From the sequence record DRR723986_1312: a stretch of DNA of 51,100 nt, one strand, 5' to 3'. Made by a program: the position numbers and the translations under genes. Under the pieces are notes generated by a model that did not search any database, had not been told where the DNA came from, and worked only from the letters and a program-made list of their open reading frames with translations. Shown here piece by piece: positions 49,119-51,100 of this stretch; within the stretch, counting starts at the first letter, position 1; each line of letters starts with the position of its first letter.

Positions 49119-49148
49119 CAAATATATAACTTCTCACTTACCGACCAA
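49119..49148 (-). promoter_or_regulatory. Bacteroidota promoter for hppA
   Basis: Minus strand TTG (49148-49146), 19-nt spacer, TATATTTG (49126-49119), 40 nt upstream of ATG 49078. Confidence 0.65.
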
Positions 49149-49481
49149 TCGCAGAAGATTAGCGTATAATATGCTGTTTTTGAGAAATTTATTAGTGAAT
49201 ATTCAATGAAAGTTGCAATCGGTTTCAATTTCATTGTGAATTTTGCTAATCCGTTGACAATTCGTGAATTAGTGAAACATTTGAAAAACTTAATCGCAGG
49301 AAATTTTTAGGGATATTTTCAAAAACCAAAAAGGTAATATTATAGAAGATAAGTAGGTAAAATCCTCCAGTTTGTAGTAGTGTTTGTTTTAAATTGCTAA
49401 AATTCAATTGTTTAAATGTTCGAATTTCAATATAAATAGTAAATTAGTTTTCTTTTATCTATATAAATCACTGTAAAGCCT

Positions 49482-50093
49482 GTGGATATACTTCTCGATA
49501 CTTTTGAACTGGCGATTAGAAAATTGTTTGCCGAGCGATTAAATCCAGACGTTTGCTACCATAATATAGACCACACCTTATCCATTGTAGCTAAGGTGAA
49601 AGAAATCGGGGTAAACTATAATTTAGAACAGGAGCAGTTAGACGAGTTGTTTTTGGCCGGCTGGTTACATGATGTTGGCTATTGGAACGGGGTTGCGATG
49701 GATCATGAATTGAGAGGGGCCGCATTTGCCAGAGAATTTTTGAAGCAGTATGATGTCAGTGAGGAGGGGATTGAGCGCATTTGCGGAGCTATCCTAGCGA
49801 CCAAAGTCCCTCAGCAACCTCAGAATCTCATGGAGGCTATCATTTGCGACGCTGATCTATATCATTTGAGTTCTGATCAGTGTTATGCTCAAACTTTACT
49901 GCTAAAAAAGGAAACTGAACAGTTAAGTGGAAATTCTATTGAGCTGCTGGATTGGCTCAAAAACAGTGAAAAATTTATGATAAATCACCATTATCACACG
50001 GAATACGCCGCAAAATTTTTTCAACAAGGAAAAGAGAAAAATTTAAGATTTCTGCAGACCAAAATAGAAGAATTGGTTAAAACGGAGATTTAA
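49482..50093 (+). CDS. HD-domain metal-dependent phosphohydrolase
   Basis: YHNIDHT, WLHDVG, HE..GA, ICDADL, H.YHT. GTG start. Confidence 0.88.
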   Translation: MDILLDTFELAIRKLFAERLNPDVCYHNIDHTLSIVAKVKEIGVNYNLEQEQLDELFLAGWLHDVGYWNGVAMDHELRGAAFAREFLKQYDVSEEGIERICGAILATKVPQQPQNLMEAIICDADLYHLSSDQCYAQTLLLKKETEQLSGNSIELLDWLKNSEKFMINHHYHTEYAAKFFQQGKEKNLRFLQTKIEELVKTEI

Positions 50094-50098
50094 CCTAC

Positions 50099-51034
50099 CT
50101 AATAGGCTAATCCTTCCAAGTACTTATTAGCGCTTTTTGGCTGAGAATAGGGATGGCTGGGATTGAAATAATTCCAGACAAAATTTGAGATTTTCCTAGT
50201 GATCACCCAGGCTTCATTATCATAATTCCAACTTTTATCCTCGTTGTTGTTTGTGAAAATTGCGCAGACATAATCTCCTTCTGGAGCATTGACCAAAAAG
50301 ACTTCCGAACGTGAGGAGTTGACCATTCCTTGCTTGCTGGCCACATTTATGCCAGATGGAATCCCTGAAACAGCATAGTCTGTATAAAATGTGTTGGATA
50401 ACAATCGATACATCAATTCGGATGCTGCCGGGCTGATAATTTCCAGATTATTTAATTGAACAAGGATTTTAGCCATTTCCTTAGGAGTGGTCTGTCCCCA
50501 GCCGTATTTCTCCCAGTTACTTTCCCGTCCAGGAGTTCGACTATTAACGAGTGTATGTTCGTAGCCCAGTTTATCCATGACGGTATTTATCTGCATACCT
50601 CCTCCTGCCAATGCTTGATTCCAAAGTGAAGTGGTATTGTCAGAATAGCTCAGCATCAATGCAAGCAAAGTGCTGAGGTCTGTTTGGGTGGAATCCTTGA
50701 AAAACTGCATAATTCCTGACCCTCCATATTGAATCGAGTCCCTGTAGATTAAAGGCTCTCGGTAGTGCAATTCACCTTTTTCTATCTTGTCAAAAATGCC
50801 TAGAAGTATTGGGATCTTCACAATACTAGCCGTAGGGAATAGAGAATCGGAACTGATTTCCACTGTAGCTCCAGTTTTTAGATGTTGGATATAAATGCCA
50901 ATATCACCATGAAAAGTCTCTGACATTTCTTTAATCGATGAAGTCAGTTCCTGGTCTAATGTAGTCTGCGCCTGAAGTTTAGTTGTAAAAGCCAAAATAA
51001 AAATGGATAGAACCAATGCGCTTTTTAAAGTCAT
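50099..51034 (-). CDS. Secreted serine hydrolase, class A beta-lactamase-like fold
   Basis: FPTASIVK (SxxK), SDN, TTP, and KQG in place of KTG. Signal peptide begins at ATG 51034. Confidence 0.85.
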   Translation of the reverse strand: MTLKSALVLSIFILAFTTKLQAQTTLDQELTSSIKEMSETFHGDIGIYIQHLKTGATVEISSDSLFPTASIVKIPILLGIFDKIEKGELHYREPLIYRDSIQYGGSGIMQFFKDSTQTDLSTLLALMLSYSDNTTSLWNQALAGGGMQINTVMDKLGYEHTLVNSRTPGRESNWEKYGWGQTTPKEMAKILVQLNNLEIISPAASELMYRLLSNTFYTDYAVSGIPSGINVASKQGMVNSSRSEVFLVNAPEGDYVCAIFTNNNEDKSWNYDNEAWVITRKISNFVWNYFNPSHPYSQPKSANKYLEGLAY

Positions 51035-51100
51035 AGAATTAGGAGTTTGGAAAATAAATATGGTGAATTTTGGCCTCAATTCTTAAGTTTAACAGATCTT

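Noticed and set aside
49079-49234. 52-aa N-terminal extension of HppA in the ORF track
   Set aside because: A good -33/-7 promoter lies inside it, and the membrane-protein sequence begins at MEQALIY (49078).

Overview
51.1-kb window from a Bacteroidota chromosome. SusC/SusD pairs, a GSCFA protein and TAnnTTTG promoters support this; Cyclobacteriaceae/Algoriphagus-like is my inference. Most of it is housekeeping or common lineage content: aguB-aguA, an ABC exporter trio, priA, YyaL-like, an ECF sigma/anti-sigma pair, peptidases, two convergent SusC/SusD pairs and hppA. I recognised no rRNA, tRNA, CRISPR array, transposase or integrase. Three regions stand out. (1) 1.5-12.8 kb: a heme-enzyme/signalling cluster made of an internally duplicated membrane protein, a DyP peroxidase, a catalase-like enzyme fused to a START/SRPBCC domain, a divergent pseudokinase-ATPase-GAF-adenylate cyclase and a CxxCH/FG-GAP protein. 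(2) 12943-13183: a non-coding array of the palindrome TGAAnnTTCA repeated with an exact 21-bp period. (3) 18.47-19.11 kb: a four-helix-bundle gene between convergent genes, flanked by inverted 7-bp arrays that start at or include the neighbours' stop codons. Related 7/8-bp arrays occur at other gene ends. A stand-alone DUF4238 gene and a PIN toxin-antitoxin pair with phased upstream repeats are also present. All calls come from reading motifs by eye; no searches were run.
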